NCBI GenBank assembly: GCA_964016885.1
Contig: OZ024744.1
Coordinates: 135,160,001 to 135,224,000, forward strand
From: Eledone cirrhosa
Lineage: Eukaryota
Direction: 5' to 3'
Length of the DNA: 64,000 nucleotides
In this document: positions 24,701 to 36,850 of the stretch, piece after piece
How the letters are laid out: each line of letters starts with the position of its first letter
Position numbering within the stretch: position 1 is the stretch's first letter
Position numbers and translations under genes: made by a program
The notes under the pieces: generated by a model
Database searches by the model: none
What the model was told of the DNA's origin: nothing
What the model saw: the letters and a program-made list of their open reading frames with translations, nothing else

Positions 24701-26870
24701 TGGTGGTAAGTTAAGTTGGGGGTAAGTTAAGATGGGGTTAAGTTAAGTTGGGGTTAAGTTAATTTGGGGTTAAGTTAGGGTTAAGTTAAGTTGGGGTTGA
24801 GTTAAGTTGGGGTTAAGTTAAGTTGCGGTTACGTTAATTTGGGGTTAAGTTAAGTTGGGGTTAAGTTGAGTTGGGGTTCAGTTAAGTTGCGGTTAAGTTA
24901 AGTTGGGGTTAAGTTAAGTTGGGGTTAAGTTAAGTTGGGGTTACTTTAAGTTGGGGTTAAGTTAAGTTGGGGTTAAGTTAAGTTGGGGTTAAGTTAAGTT
25001 GGGGTTAAGTTAAGTTGCGGTTAAATTAAGTTGGGGTTAAGTTAATTTGGGGTTAAGTTAAGTTGGGGTTAAGATAAGTTGGGGTTAAGTTAAGTTGGGG
25101 TTGAGTTAAGTTGGGGTTGAGTTAATTTGGGGTTAACTTAAGTTGGGGGTACTTAAGTTGGGTTTAAGTTAAGTGGGGTTAAGTTAAGTTGGGGTTAAGT
25201 TAAGTTGGTGTTAAGTTAAGTTGGGGCTGAGTTAAGTTGGGGCTGAGTTAAGTTGGGGTTAAGTTAAGTTGAGGTTGAGTTAAGTTGGGGTTAAGTTAAG
25301 TTGGGGTTAAGTTAAGTTGGGGTTAAGTTAAGTTGGGGTTAAGTTAAGTTGGGGTTGAGTTAAGTTGGGGTTAAGTTAAGTTGGGGTTAAGATGGGGTTA
25401 AATTAAGTTGGGGTTAAGTTAAGTTGGGGTTAAGTTAAGTCGGGGTTAAGTTAAGTTGGGGTTGAGTTAAGTTGGGGTTGAGTTAAATTGGGGTGGAGTT
25501 AAGTTGGGGTTGAGTTAAGTTGGTGTTGAGTTAAGTTGGGGTTAACTTAAGTTGGGGTTAAGTTAAGTTGCAGTTAAGTTAAGTTGAGTTTAAGTTAAGT
25601 TGGGGCTAAGTTAAGTTGGGGCTAAGTTAAGTTGGGGCTAAGTTAAGTTGGGGCTAAGTTAAGTTGGGGTTCAGTTAAGTTGGTGTTAAGTTAAGTTTGG
25701 GTTAAGTTGGGGTTAAATGAAGTTGGGATTAAGTTAAGTTGGGGTTTAGTTAAGTTGGGGTTAAGTTAAGTTGGGGTTAATTTAAGTTGGGGTTAAGTTA
25801 AGTTGGGGTTAAGTTAAGTGGTGGTTATGTTAAGTTGGGGTTAAGTTAAGTTGGGGTTAATTTAAATTGGGGTTAAGTTAATTTTGTGGTTAAGTTAAGT
25901 TGGGGTTAAGTTAAGTCGGGGTTAAGTTAATTTGGGGTTGAGTTAAGTTGGGGTTAATTTAAGTTGGGGCTAAGTTAATTTGTGGTTAAGTTAAGTTGGG
26001 GTTAAGTTAAGTTGGGGTTAAGTTAAGTTGGAGTTAAGTTAAGTTGGGGTTAAATTAAGTTGGGGTTAAGTTAAGTTGGGGTTAAATTAAGTTGGAGTTA
26101 AGTTAAGTTGGGGTTAAGTTAAGTTGGGGTTAAGTTAAGTTGGGGGTAAGTTAAGTTGGTGGTAAGTTAAGTTGGGGGTAAGTTAAGATGGGGTTAAGTT
26201 AAGTTGGGGTTAAGTTAATTTGGGGTTAAGTTAGGGTTAAGTTAAGTTGGGGTTGAGTTAAGTTGGGGTTAAGTTAAGTTGCGGTTACGTTAATTTGGGG
26301 TTAAGTTAAGTTGGGGTTAAGTTGAGTTGGGGTTCAGTTAAGTTGCGGTTAAGTTAAGTTGGGGTTAAGTTAAGTTGGGGTTAAGTTAAGTTGGGGTTAC
26401 TTTAAGTTGGGGTTAAGTTAAGTTGGGGTTAAGTTAAGTTGGGGTTAAGTTAAGTTGGGGTTAAGTTAAGTTGCGGTTAAATTAAGTTGGGGTTAAGTTA
26501 ATTTGGGGTTAAGTTAAGTTGGGGTTAAGATAAGTTGGGGTTAAGTTAAGTTGGGGTTGAGTTAAGTTGGGGTTGAGTTAATTTGGGGTTAACTTAAGTT
26601 GGGGGTACTTAAGTTGGGTTTAAGTTAAGTTGGGTTAAGTTAAGTTGGGGTTAAGTTAAGTTGGTGTTAAGTTAAGTTGGGGCTGAGTTAAGTTGGGGCT
26701 GAGTTAAGTTGGGGTTAAGTTAAGTTGGGGTTGAGTTAAGTTGGGGTTAAGTTAAGTTGGGGTTAAGTTAAGTTGGGGTTAAGTTAAGTTGGGGTTAAGT
26801 TAAGTTGGGGTTGAGTTAAGTTGGGGTTAAGTTAAGTTGGGGTTAAGTTAAGTTGGGGTTCAGTTAAGTT
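21750..26870 (+). repeat. Copy of about 5 kb of 13200-18300 (offset 8541-8732 bp)
   Basis: AACTGGTGG at 13417/21958 and GTTGTCG at 14369/22910 give offset 8541. Lines 15121-15961 match lines 23821-24661 (offset 8700), including the rare GGCTGTG and TTATGCT variants. GGGATT at 16996/25728 gives offset 8732. Confidence 0.85.
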
Positions 26871-27704
26871 GGGGTTAAGTTATGTTGGGGTTAAGATGGG
26901 GTTAAATTAAGTTGGGGTTAAGTTAAGTTGGGGTTAAGTTAAGTCGGGGTTAAGTTAAGTCGGGGTTAAGTTAAGTTAGGGTTAATTTAAGTTGGAGTTA
27001 AGTTAAGTTGGGGTTGAGTTAAGTTGGGGTTGAGTTAAATTGGGGTGGAGTTAAGTTGGGGTTGAGTTAAGTTGGTGTTGAGTTAAGTTGGGGTTAACTT
27101 AAGTTGGGGTTAAGTTAAGTTGCAGTTAAGTTAAGTTGAGTTTAAGTTAAGTTGGGGCTAAGTTAAGTTGGGGCTAAGTTAAGTTGGGGCTAAGTTAAGT
27201 TGGGGCTAAGTTAAGTTGGGGTTCAGTTAAGTTGGTGTTAAGTTAAGTTTGGGTTAAGTTGGGGTTAAATGAAGTTGGGGTTAAGTTAAGTTGGGGTTTA
27301 GTTAAGTTGGGGTTAAGTTAAGTTGGGGTTAATTTAAGTTGGGGTTAAGTTAAGTTGGGGTTAAGTTAAGTGCTGGTTATGTTAAGTTGGGGTTAAGTTA
27401 AGTTGGGGTTAATTTAAATTGGGGTTAAGTTAATTTTGTGGTTAAGTTAAGTTGGGGTTAAGTTAAGTCGGGGTTAAGTTAATTTGGGGTTGAGTTAAGT
27501 TGGGGTTAATTTAAGTTGGGGCTAAGTTAATTTGTGGTTAAGTTAAGTTGGGGTTAAGTTAAGTTGGGGTTAAGTTAAGTTGGGGTTGAGTTAAGTTGGG
27601 GTTGAGTTAATTTAGGGTTAAGTTAAGTTGGGGTTAAGTTAAGTTGGGTTTAAGTTAAGTTGGGGTTAAATTAAGTTGGGGTTAAATTAAGTTGGGGTTC
27701 AGTT

Positions 27705-29355
27705 AAGTTGGGGGTAAGTTAAGTTGGGGGCAAGTTAAGTTGGGGTTAATTTAAGTTGGGGTTAAGTTAAGTTGCGGGTTAAGTTAAGGCGGGGTTAAGT
27801 TGAGTTGGGGTTGAGTTAATTTGGGGTTAACTTAAGTTGGGGGTACTTAAGGTGGGTTTAAGTTAAGTGGGGTTAAGTTAAGTTGGGGTTAAGTTAAGTT
27901 GGGGTTAAGTTAAGTTGGGGTTAAGTTAGGTTGTGGTTAAGTTAAGTTGGGGGTAAGTTAAGTTGGGGGTAAGTTAAGTTGGGGTTAATTTAAGTTGGGT
28001 CTAATTAAGTTGGGGTTAAGTTAAGTTGGGGTTAAGTTAAGTTGGGGTTGAGTTAATTTGGGGTTAACTTAAGTTGGGGGTACTTAAGTTGGGTTTAAGT
28101 TAAGTGGGGTTAAGTTAAGTTGGGGTTAAGTTAAGTTGGGGTTAAGTTAAGTTGGGGGTAAGTTAAGTTGGTGGTAAGTTAAGTTGGGGGTAAGTTAAGG
28201 TGGGGTTAAGTTAAGTTGGGGTTAAGTTAATTTGGGGTTAAGTTATGGTTAAGTTAAGTTGGGGTTGAGTTAATTTGGGGTTAAGTTAAGTTGGGGTTAT
28301 GTTAAGTTGGGGTTAAGTTAAGTTGGGGTTAAGTTGAGTTGGGGTTCAGTTAAGTTGCGGTTAATTTAAGTTGGGGTTAAGTTAAGTTGGGGTTAAGTTA
28401 AGTTGGGGTTAAGTTAAGTTGGGGCTAAGTTAAGTTGGTGTTAAATTAAATTGGGGTTAAGTTAAGTTGGGGTTACGTTAAGTTGGGGTTAAGATAAGTT
28501 GGGGTTAAGTTAAGTTGGGGTTGAGTTAAGTTGGGGGTAAGTTAAGTTGGGGGCAAGTTAAGTTGGGGTTAATTTAAGTTGGGGTTAAGTTAAGTTGCGG
28601 GTTAAGTTAAGGCGGGGTTAAGTTGAGTTGGGGTTGAGTTAATTTGGGGTTAACTTAAGTTGGGGGTACTTAAGGTGGGTTTAAGTTAAGTGGGGTTAAG
28701 TTAAGTTGGGGTTAAGTTAAGTTGGGGTTAAGTTAAGTTGGGGTTAAGTTAGGTTGTGGTTAAGTTAAGTTGGGGGTAAGTTAAGTTGGGGGTAAGTTAA
28801 GTTGGGGTTAATTTAAGTTGGGTCTAATTAAGTTGGGGTTAAGTTAAGTTGGGGTTAAGTTAAGTTGGGGTTGAGTTAATTTGGGGTTAACTTAAGTTGG
28901 GGGTACTTAAGTTGGGTTTAAGTTAAGTGGGGTTAAGTTAAGTTGGGGTTAAGTTAAGTTGGGGTTAAGTTAAGTTGGGGGTAAGTTAAGTTGGTGGTAA
29001 GTTAAGTTGGGGGTAAGTTAAGGTGGGGTTAAGTTAAGTTGGGGTTAAGTTAATTTGGGGTTAAGTTATGGTTAAGTTAAGTTGGGGTTGAGTTAATTTG
29101 GGGTTAAGTTAAGTTGGGGTTATGTTAAGTTGGGGTTAAGTTAAGTTGGGGTTAAGTTGAGTTGGGGTTCAGTTAAGTTGCGGTTAATTTAAGTTGGGGT
29201 TAAGTTAAGTTGGGGTTAAGTTAAGTTGGGGTTAAGTTAAGTTGGGGCTAAGTTAAGTTGGTGTTAAATTAAATTGGGGTTAAGTTAAGTTGGGGTTACG
29301 TTAAGTTGGGGTTAAGATAAGTTGGGGTTAAGTTAAGTTGGGGTTGAGTTAAGTT
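27705..29355 (+). repeat. 823-bp tandem duplication
   Basis: TTGCGGGTTAAG at 27775/28598 and GGGGTTACG at 28476/29299 both give offset 823. Confidence 0.85.
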
Positions 29356-32300
29356 GGAGTTGAGTTAATTTGGGGTTAACTTAAGTTGGGGGTACTTAAG
29401 TTGGGTTTAAGTTAAGTGGGGTTAAGTTAAGTTGGGGTTAAGTTAAGTTGGGGTTAAGTTAAGTTGGGGTTAAGTTAGGTTGTGGTTAAGTTAAGTTGGG
29501 GGTAAGTTAAGTTGGGGGTAATTTAAGTTGGGGTTAATTTAAGTTGGGTCTAATTAAATTGGGGTTAAGTTAAGTTGGGGTTAAGTTAAGTTGGTGTTAA
29601 ATTAAGTTGGGGTTAAGTTAAGTTGAGGTTAAATTAAGTTGGGGTTAATTTAAGTTGGGTTTAAGTTAAGTTGGGGTTAAGTTAAGTTGGGGTTAAGTTA
29701 AGTTGGGGTTAAATTAAGTTGGGGTTAAATTAAGTTGGGGTTAAGTTAAGTTGGGGGTAAGTTAAGTTGGGGGCAAGTTAAGTTGGGGTTAAGTTAAGTT
29801 GGGGTTAAATTAAGTTGGGGTTAAGTTAAGTTGGTGTTAAGTTAAGTTGGGGTTAAGTTAAGTTGGGGTTAATTTAAGTTGGGGTTGAGTTAAGTTGGGT
29901 TTAAGTTAAGTTGGGGTTAAGTTAAGTTGGTGTTAAGTTAAGTTGGGGCTAAGTTAAGTTGGGGCTGAGTTAAGTTCGGGCTGAGTTAAGTTGGGGTTAA
30001 GTTAAGTTGGGGTTGAGTTAAGTTGGGGTTAAGTTAAGTTGGGGTTAAGTTAAGTTGGGGTTAAGTTACGTTGGGGTTAAGTTAAGTTGGGGTTTAGTTA
30101 AGTTGGGGTTCAGTTAAGTTGGGGTTAAGTTAAGTTTGGGTTAAGTTGGGGTTAAATTAAGTTGGGGTTAAGTTAAGTTGGGGTTATGTTAAGTTGGGGT
30201 TAAGTTAAGTTGGGGTTAAGTTAAGTTGGGGTTAAGTTAAGTTGGGGTTAAGTTAACTTGGGGTTAAGTTAAGTTGGGGTTAATTTAAGTTGGGGTTAAG
30301 TTAAGGCGGGGTTAAGTTGAGTTGGGGTTAAGTTAAGTTGGGGTTAAGTTAAGTTGGGGTTGAGTTAATTTAGGGTTAACTTAAGTTGGGGGTACTTAAG
30401 TTGGGTTTAAGTTAAGTGGGGTTCAGTTAAGTTGGGGTTAAGTTAAGTTGGGGTTAAGTTAAGTTGGGGTTAAGTTAGGTTGTGGTTAAGTTAAGTTGGG
30501 GGTAAGTTAAGTTGGGGGTAAGTTAAGTTGGGGTTAATTTAAGTTGGGTCTAATTAAGTTGGGGTTAAGTTAAGTTGGGGTTAAGTTAAGTTGGGGTTGA
30601 GTTAATTTGGGGTTAACTTAAGTTGGGGGTACTTAAGTTGGGTTTAAGTTAAGTGGGGTTAAGTTAAGTTGGGGTTAAGTTAAGTTGGGGGTAAGTTAAG
30701 TTGAGGGTAAGTTAAGTTGGGGTTAATTTAAGTTGGGTCAAATTAAGTTGGGGTTAAGTTAAGTTGGAGTTAAGTTAAGTTGGGGTTAAATTAAGTTGGG
30801 GTTAAGTTAAGTTGGGGTTAAATTAAGTTGGAGTTAAGTTAAGTTGGGGTTAAGTTAAGTTGGGGTTAAGTTAAGTTGGTGGTAAGTTAAGTTGGTGGTA
30901 AGTTAAGTTGGGGGTAAGTTAAGATGGGGTTAAGTTAAGTTGGGGTTAAGTTAATTTGGGGTTAAGTTAGGGTTAAGTTAAGTTGGGTTGATTTAAGTTG
31001 GGGTTAAGTTAAGTTGGGGTTATGTTAAGTTGGGGTTAAGTTAAGTCGGGGTTAAGTTGAGTTGGGGTTCAGTTAAGTTGCGGTTAAGTTAAGTTGGGGT
31101 TAAGTTAAGTTGGGGTTAAGTTAAGTTGGGGTTACTTTAAGTTGGGGTTAAGTTAAGTTGGGGTTAAGTTAAGTTGGGGTTAAGTTAAGTTGGGGTTAAG
31201 TTAAGTTGCGGTTAAATTAAGTTGGGGTTAAGTTAATTTGGGGTTAAGTTAAGTTGGGGTTAAGATAAGTTGGGGTTAACTTAAGTAGGGGTTGAGTTAA
31301 GTTGGGGTTGAGTTAATTTGGGGTTAACTTAAGTTGGGGGTACTTAAGTTGGGTTTAAGTTAAGTGGAGTTAAGTTAAGTTGGGGTTAAGTTAAGTTGGG
31401 GTTAAGTTAGGATGTGGTTAAGTTAAGTTGGGGTAAGTTAAGTTGGGGGTGAGTTAAGTTGGGGTTAATTTAAGTTGGGTCTAATTAAGTTGGGGTTAAG
31501 TTAAGTTGGGGTTAAGTAAAGTTGGGGTTAAATTAAGTTGGGGTTAAGTTAAGTTGGGGCTAAATTAAGTTTGGGTTAATTAAGTTGGGGTTAAGTTAAG
31601 TTGGGGTTAAGTTAAGTTGGGGTTAAGTTAAGTTGGGGTTAAGTTAAGTTGGGGTTAAGTTAATTTGGGGTTAAGTTAGGGTTAAGTTAAGTTGGGGTTG
31701 AGTTAAGTTGGGGTTAAGTTAAGTTGGGGTTATGTTAAGTTGGGGTTAAATTAAGTTGGGGTTAAGTTAAGTTGGGGCTAAGTTAAGTTGGGGCTGAGTT
31801 AAGTTGGGGCTGAGTTAAGTTGGGGTTAAGTTAAGTTGGGGTTAAGTTAAGTTGGGGTTAAGTTAAGTTGGGGTTAAGTTAAGTTGGGGTTGAGTTAAGT
31901 TGGGGTTCAGTTAAGTTGGGGTTAAGTTAAGTTGGGGTTAAGATGGGGTTAAATTAAGTTGGGGTTAAGTTAAGTTGGGGTTAAGTTAAGTTGGGGTTAA
32001 GTTAAGTTGGGGTTAAGTTAAGTCGGGGTTGAGTTAAGTCGGGGTTAAGTTAAGTTAGGGTTAAGTTAAGTTGGAGTTAAGTTAAGTTGGGGTTGAGTTA
32101 AGTTGGGATTGAGTTAAATTGGGGTGGAGTTAAGTTGGGGTTGCGTTAAGTTGGTGTTGAGTTAAGTTTGGGTTAAGTTGGGGTTAAGTTAAGTTGGGGT
32201 TAAGTTGGGGTTAAGTTAAGTTGGGGTTAAGTTAAGTTGGTGTTAAGTTAAGTTGGGGCTAAGTTAAGTTGGGGCTGAGTTAAGTTGGGGCTGAGTTAAG

Positions 32301-35300
32301 TTGGGGTTAAGTTAAGTTGGGGTTGAGTTAAGTTGGGGTTAAGTTAAGTTTGGGTTAAGTTAAGTTGGGGTTAAGTTAAGTTGGGGTTAAGTTAAGTTGG
32401 GGTTTAGTTAAGTTGGGGTTCAGTTAAGTTGGGGTTAAGTTAAGTTTGGGTTAAGTTGGGGTTAAATTAAGTTGGGGTTAAGTTAAGTTGGGGTTTAGTT
32501 AAGTTGGGGTTAAGTTAAGTTGGGGTTAATTTAAGTTGGGGTTAAGTTAAGTTGCGGGTAATTTAAGTTGGGGTTAAGTTAAGTTGGGGTTAAATTAAGT
32601 TGGAGTTAAGTTAAGTTGGGGTTAAGTTAAGTTGGGGTTAAGTTAAGTTGGGGGTAAGTTAAGTTGGTGGTAAGTTAAGTTGGGGGTAAGTTAAGATGGG
32701 GTTAAGTTAAGTTGGGGTTAAATTAAGTTGGGGTTAAATTAAGTTGGGGTTAAGTTAAGTTGGGGGTAATTTAAGTTGGGGGCAAGTTAAGTTGGGGTTA
32801 AGTTAAGTTGGGGTTAAGTTAAGTTGCGGGTAATTTAAGTTGGGCTTAAGTTAAGTTGGGGTTAAGTTAAGGCGGGGTTAAGTTGAGTTGGGGTTGAGTT
32901 AATTTGGGGTTAACTTAAGTTGGGGGTACTTAAGGTGGGTTTAAGTTAAGTGGGGTTAAGTTAAGTTGGGGTTAAGTTAAGTTGGGGTTAAGTTAAGTTG
33001 GGGTTAAGTTAGGTTGTGGTTAAGTTAAGTTGGGGGTAAGTTAAGTTGGGGGTAAGTTAAGTTGGGGTTAATTTAAGTTGGGTCTAATTAAGTTGGGGTT
33101 AAGTTAAGTTGGGGTTAAGTTAAGTTGGGGTTGAGTTAATTTGGGGTTAACTTAAGTTGGGGGTACTTAAGTTGGGTTTAAGTTAAGTGGGGTTAAGTTA
33201 AGTTGGGGTTACGTTAAGTTGGGGTTAAGTTAAGTTGGGGGTAAGTTAAGTTGGTGGTAAGTTAAGTTGGGGGTAAGTTAAGGTGGGGTTAAGTTAAGTT
33301 GGGGTTAAGTTAATTTGGGGTTAAGTTATGGTTAAGTTAAGTTGGGGTTGAGTTAATTTGGGGTTAAGTTAAGTTGGGGTTATGTTAAGTTGGGGTTAAG
33401 TTAAGTTGGGGTTAAGTTGAGTTGGGGTTCAGTTAAGTTGCGGTTAATTTAAGTTGGGGTTAAGTTAAGTTGGGGTTAAGTTAAGTTGGGGTTAAGTTAA
33501 GTTGGGGCTAAGTTAAGTTGGTGTTAAATTAAATTGGGGTTAAGTTAAGTTGGGGTTACGTTAAGTTGGGGTTAAGATAAGTTGGGGTTAAGTTAAGTTG
33601 GGGTTGAGTTAAGTTGGAGTTGAGTTAATTTGGGGTTAACTTAAGTTGGGGGTACTTAAGTTGGGTTTAAGTTAAGTGGTGTTAAGTTAAGTTGGGGTTA
33701 AGTTAAGTTGGGGTTAAGTTAAGTTGGGGTTAAGTTAGGTTGTGGTTAAGTTAAGTTGGGGGTAAGTTAAGTTGGGGGTAATTTAAGTTGGGGTTAATTT
33801 AAGTTGGGTCTAATTAAATTGGGGTTAAGTTAAGTTGGGGTTAAGTTAAGTTGGGGTTAAATTAAGTTGGGGTTAAGTTAAGTTGAGGTTAAATTAAGTT
33901 GGGGTTAATTTAAGTTGGGTTTAAGTTAAGTTGGGGTTAAGTTAAGTTGGGGTTAAGTTAAGTTGGGGTTAAATTAAGTTGGGGTTAAATTAAGTTGGGG
34001 TTAAGTTAAGTTGGGGGTAAGTTAAGTTGGGGGCAAGTTAAGTTGGGGTTAAGTTAAGTTGGGGTTAAATTAAGTTGGGGTTAAGTTAAGTTGGTGTTAA
34101 GTTAAGTTGGGGTTTATTTAAGTTGGGGTTAATTAAGTTGGGGTTAAGTTAAGTTGGGGTTAAGTTAAGTTGGGGTTAATTTAAGTTGGGGTTGAGTTAA
34201 GTTGGGTTTAAGTTAAGTTGGGGTTAAGTTAAGTTGGTGTTAAGTTAAGTTGGGGCTAAGTTAAGTTGGGGCTGAGTTAAGTTCGGGCTGAGTTAAGTTG
34301 GGGTTAAGTTAAGTTGGGGTTGAGTTAAGTTGGGGTTAAGTTAAGTTGGGGTTAAGTTAAGTTGGGGTTAAGTTACGTTGGGGTTAAGTTAAGTTGGGGT
34401 TTAGTTAAGTTGGGGTTCAGTTAAGTTGGGGTTAAGTTAAGTTTGGGTTAAGTTGGGGTTAAATTAAGTTGGGGTTAAGTTAAGTTGGGGTTATGTTAAG
34501 TTGGGGTTAAGTTAAGTTGGGGTTAAGTTAAGTTGGGGTTAAGTTAAGTTGGGGTTAAGTTAACTTGGGGTTAAGTTAAGTTGGGGTTAATTTAAGTTGG
34601 GGTTAAGTTAAGGCGGGGTTAAGTTGAGTTGGGGTTAAGTTAAGTTGGGGTTAAGTTAAGTTGGGGTTGAGTTAATTTAGGGTTAACTTAAGTTGGGGGT
34701 ACTTAAGTTGGGTTTAAGTTAAGTGGGGTTCAGTTAAGTTGGGGTTAAGTTAAGTTGGGGTTAAGTTAAGTTGGGGTTAAGTTAGGTTGTGGTTAAGTTA
34801 AGTTGGGGGTAAGTTAAGTTGGGGGTAAGTTAAGTTGGGGTTAATTTAAGTTGGGTCTAATTAAGTTGGGGTTAAGTTAAGTTGGGGTTAAGTTAAGTTG
34901 GGGTTGAGTTAATTTGGGGTTAACTTAAGTTGGGGGTACTTAAGTTGGGTTTAAGTTAAGTGGGGTTAAGTTAAGTTGGGGTTAAGTTAAGTTGGGGGTA
35001 AGTTAAGTTGAGGGTAAGTTAAGTTGGGGTTAATTTAAGTTGGGTCAAATTAAGTTGGGGTTAAGTTAAGTTGGAGTTAAGTTAAGTTGGGGTTAAATTA
35101 AGTTGGGGTTAAGTTAAGTTGGGGTTAAATTAAGTTGGAGTTAAGTTAAGTTGGGGTTAAGTTAAGTTGGGGTTAAGTTAAGTTGGTGGTAAGTTAAGTT
35201 GGTGGTAAGTTAAGTTGGGGGTAAGTTAAGATGGGGTTAAGTTAAGTTGGGGTTAAGTTAATTTGGGGTTAAGTTAGGGTTAAGTTAAGTTGGGTTGATT

Positions 35301-36850
35301 TAAGTTGGGGTTAAGTTAAGTTGGGGTTATGTTAAGTTGGGGTTAAGTTAAGTCGGGGTTAAGTTGAGTTGGGGTTCAGTTAAGTTGCGGTTAAGTTAAG
35401 TTGGGGTTAAGTTAAGTTGGGGTTAAGTTAAGTTGGGGTTACTTTAAGTTGGGGTTAAGTTAAGTTGGGGTTAAGTTAAGTTGGGGTTAAGTTAAGTTGG
35501 GGTTAAGTTAAGTTGCGGTTAAATTAAGTTGGGGTTAAGTTAATTTGGGGTTAAGTTAAGTTGGGGTTAAGATAAGTTGGGGTTAAGTTAAGTAGGGGTT
35601 GAGTTAAGTTGGGGTTGAGTTAATTTGGGGTTAACTTAAGTTGGGGGTACTTAAGTTGGGTTTAAGTTAAGTGGAGTTAAGTTAAGTTGGGGTTAAGTTA
35701 AGTTGGGGTTAAGTTAGGATGTGGTTAAGTTAAGTTGGGGTAAGTTAAGTTGGGGGTAAGTTAAGTTGGGGTTAATTTAAGTTGGGTCTAATTAAGTTGG
35801 GGTTAAGTTAAGTTGGGGTTAAGTAAAGTTGGGGTTAAATTAAGTTGGGGTTAAGTTAAGTTGGGGCTAAATTAAGTTTGGGTTAATTAAGTTGGGGTTA
35901 AGTTAAGTTGGGGTTAGGTTAAGTTGGGGTTAAGTTAAGTTGGGGTTAAGTTAAGTTGGGGTTAAGTTAATTTGGGGTTAAGTTAGGGTTAAGTTAAGTT
36001 GGGGTTGAGTTAAGTTGGGGTTAAGTTAAGTTGGGGTTATGTTAAGTTGGGGTTAAATTAAGTTGGGGTTAAGTTAAGTTGGGGCTAAGTTAAGTTGGGG
36101 CTGAGTTAAGTTGGGGCTGAGTTAAGTTGGGGTTAAGTTAAGTTGGGGTTAAGTTAAGTTGGGGTTAAGTTAAGTTGGGGTTAAGTTAAGTTGGGGTTGA
36201 GTTAAGTTGGGGTTCAGTTAAGTTGGGGTTAAGTTAAGTTGGGGTTAAGATGGGGTTAAATTAAGTTGGGGTTAAGTTAAGTTGGGGTTAAGTTAAGTTG
36301 GGGTTAAGTTAAGTTGGGGTTAAGTTAAGTCGGGGTTGAGTTAAGTCGGGGTTAAGTTAAGTTAGGGTTAAGTTAAGTTGGAGTTAAGTTAAGTTGGGGT
36401 TGAGTTAAGTTGGGATTGAGTTAAATTGGGGTGGAGTTAAGTTGGGGTTGCGTTAAGTTGGTGTTGAGTTAAGTTTGGGTTAAGTTGGGGTTAAGTTAAG
36501 TTTGGGTTAAGTTGGGGTTAAGTTAAGTTGGGGTTAAGTTAAGTTGGTGTTAAGTTAAGTTGGGGCTAAGTTAAGTTGGGGCTGAGTTAAGTTGGGGCTG
36601 AGTTAAGTTGGGGTTAAGTTAAGTTGGGGTTGAGTTAAGTTGGGGTTAAGTTAAGTTTGGGTTAAGTTAAGTTGGGGTTAAGTTAAGTTGGGGTTAAGTT
36701 AAGTTGGGGTTTAGTTAAGTTGGGGTTCAGTTAAGTTGGGGTTAAGTTAAGTTTGGGTTAAGTTGGGGTTAAATTAAGTTGGGGTTAAGTTAAGTTGGGG
36801 TTTAGTTAAGTTGGGGTTAAGTTAAGTTGGGGTTAATTTAAGTTGGGGTT
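28605..36850 (+). repeat. Tandem duplication of about 4.3 kb (period 4260-4307 bp)
   Basis: Lines 28681-29761 nearly match lines 32941-34021 (offset 4260). GTTCGGGCTGAG at 29977/34284 and AAGTAAAG at 31517/35824 give offset 4307. Confidence 0.85.
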
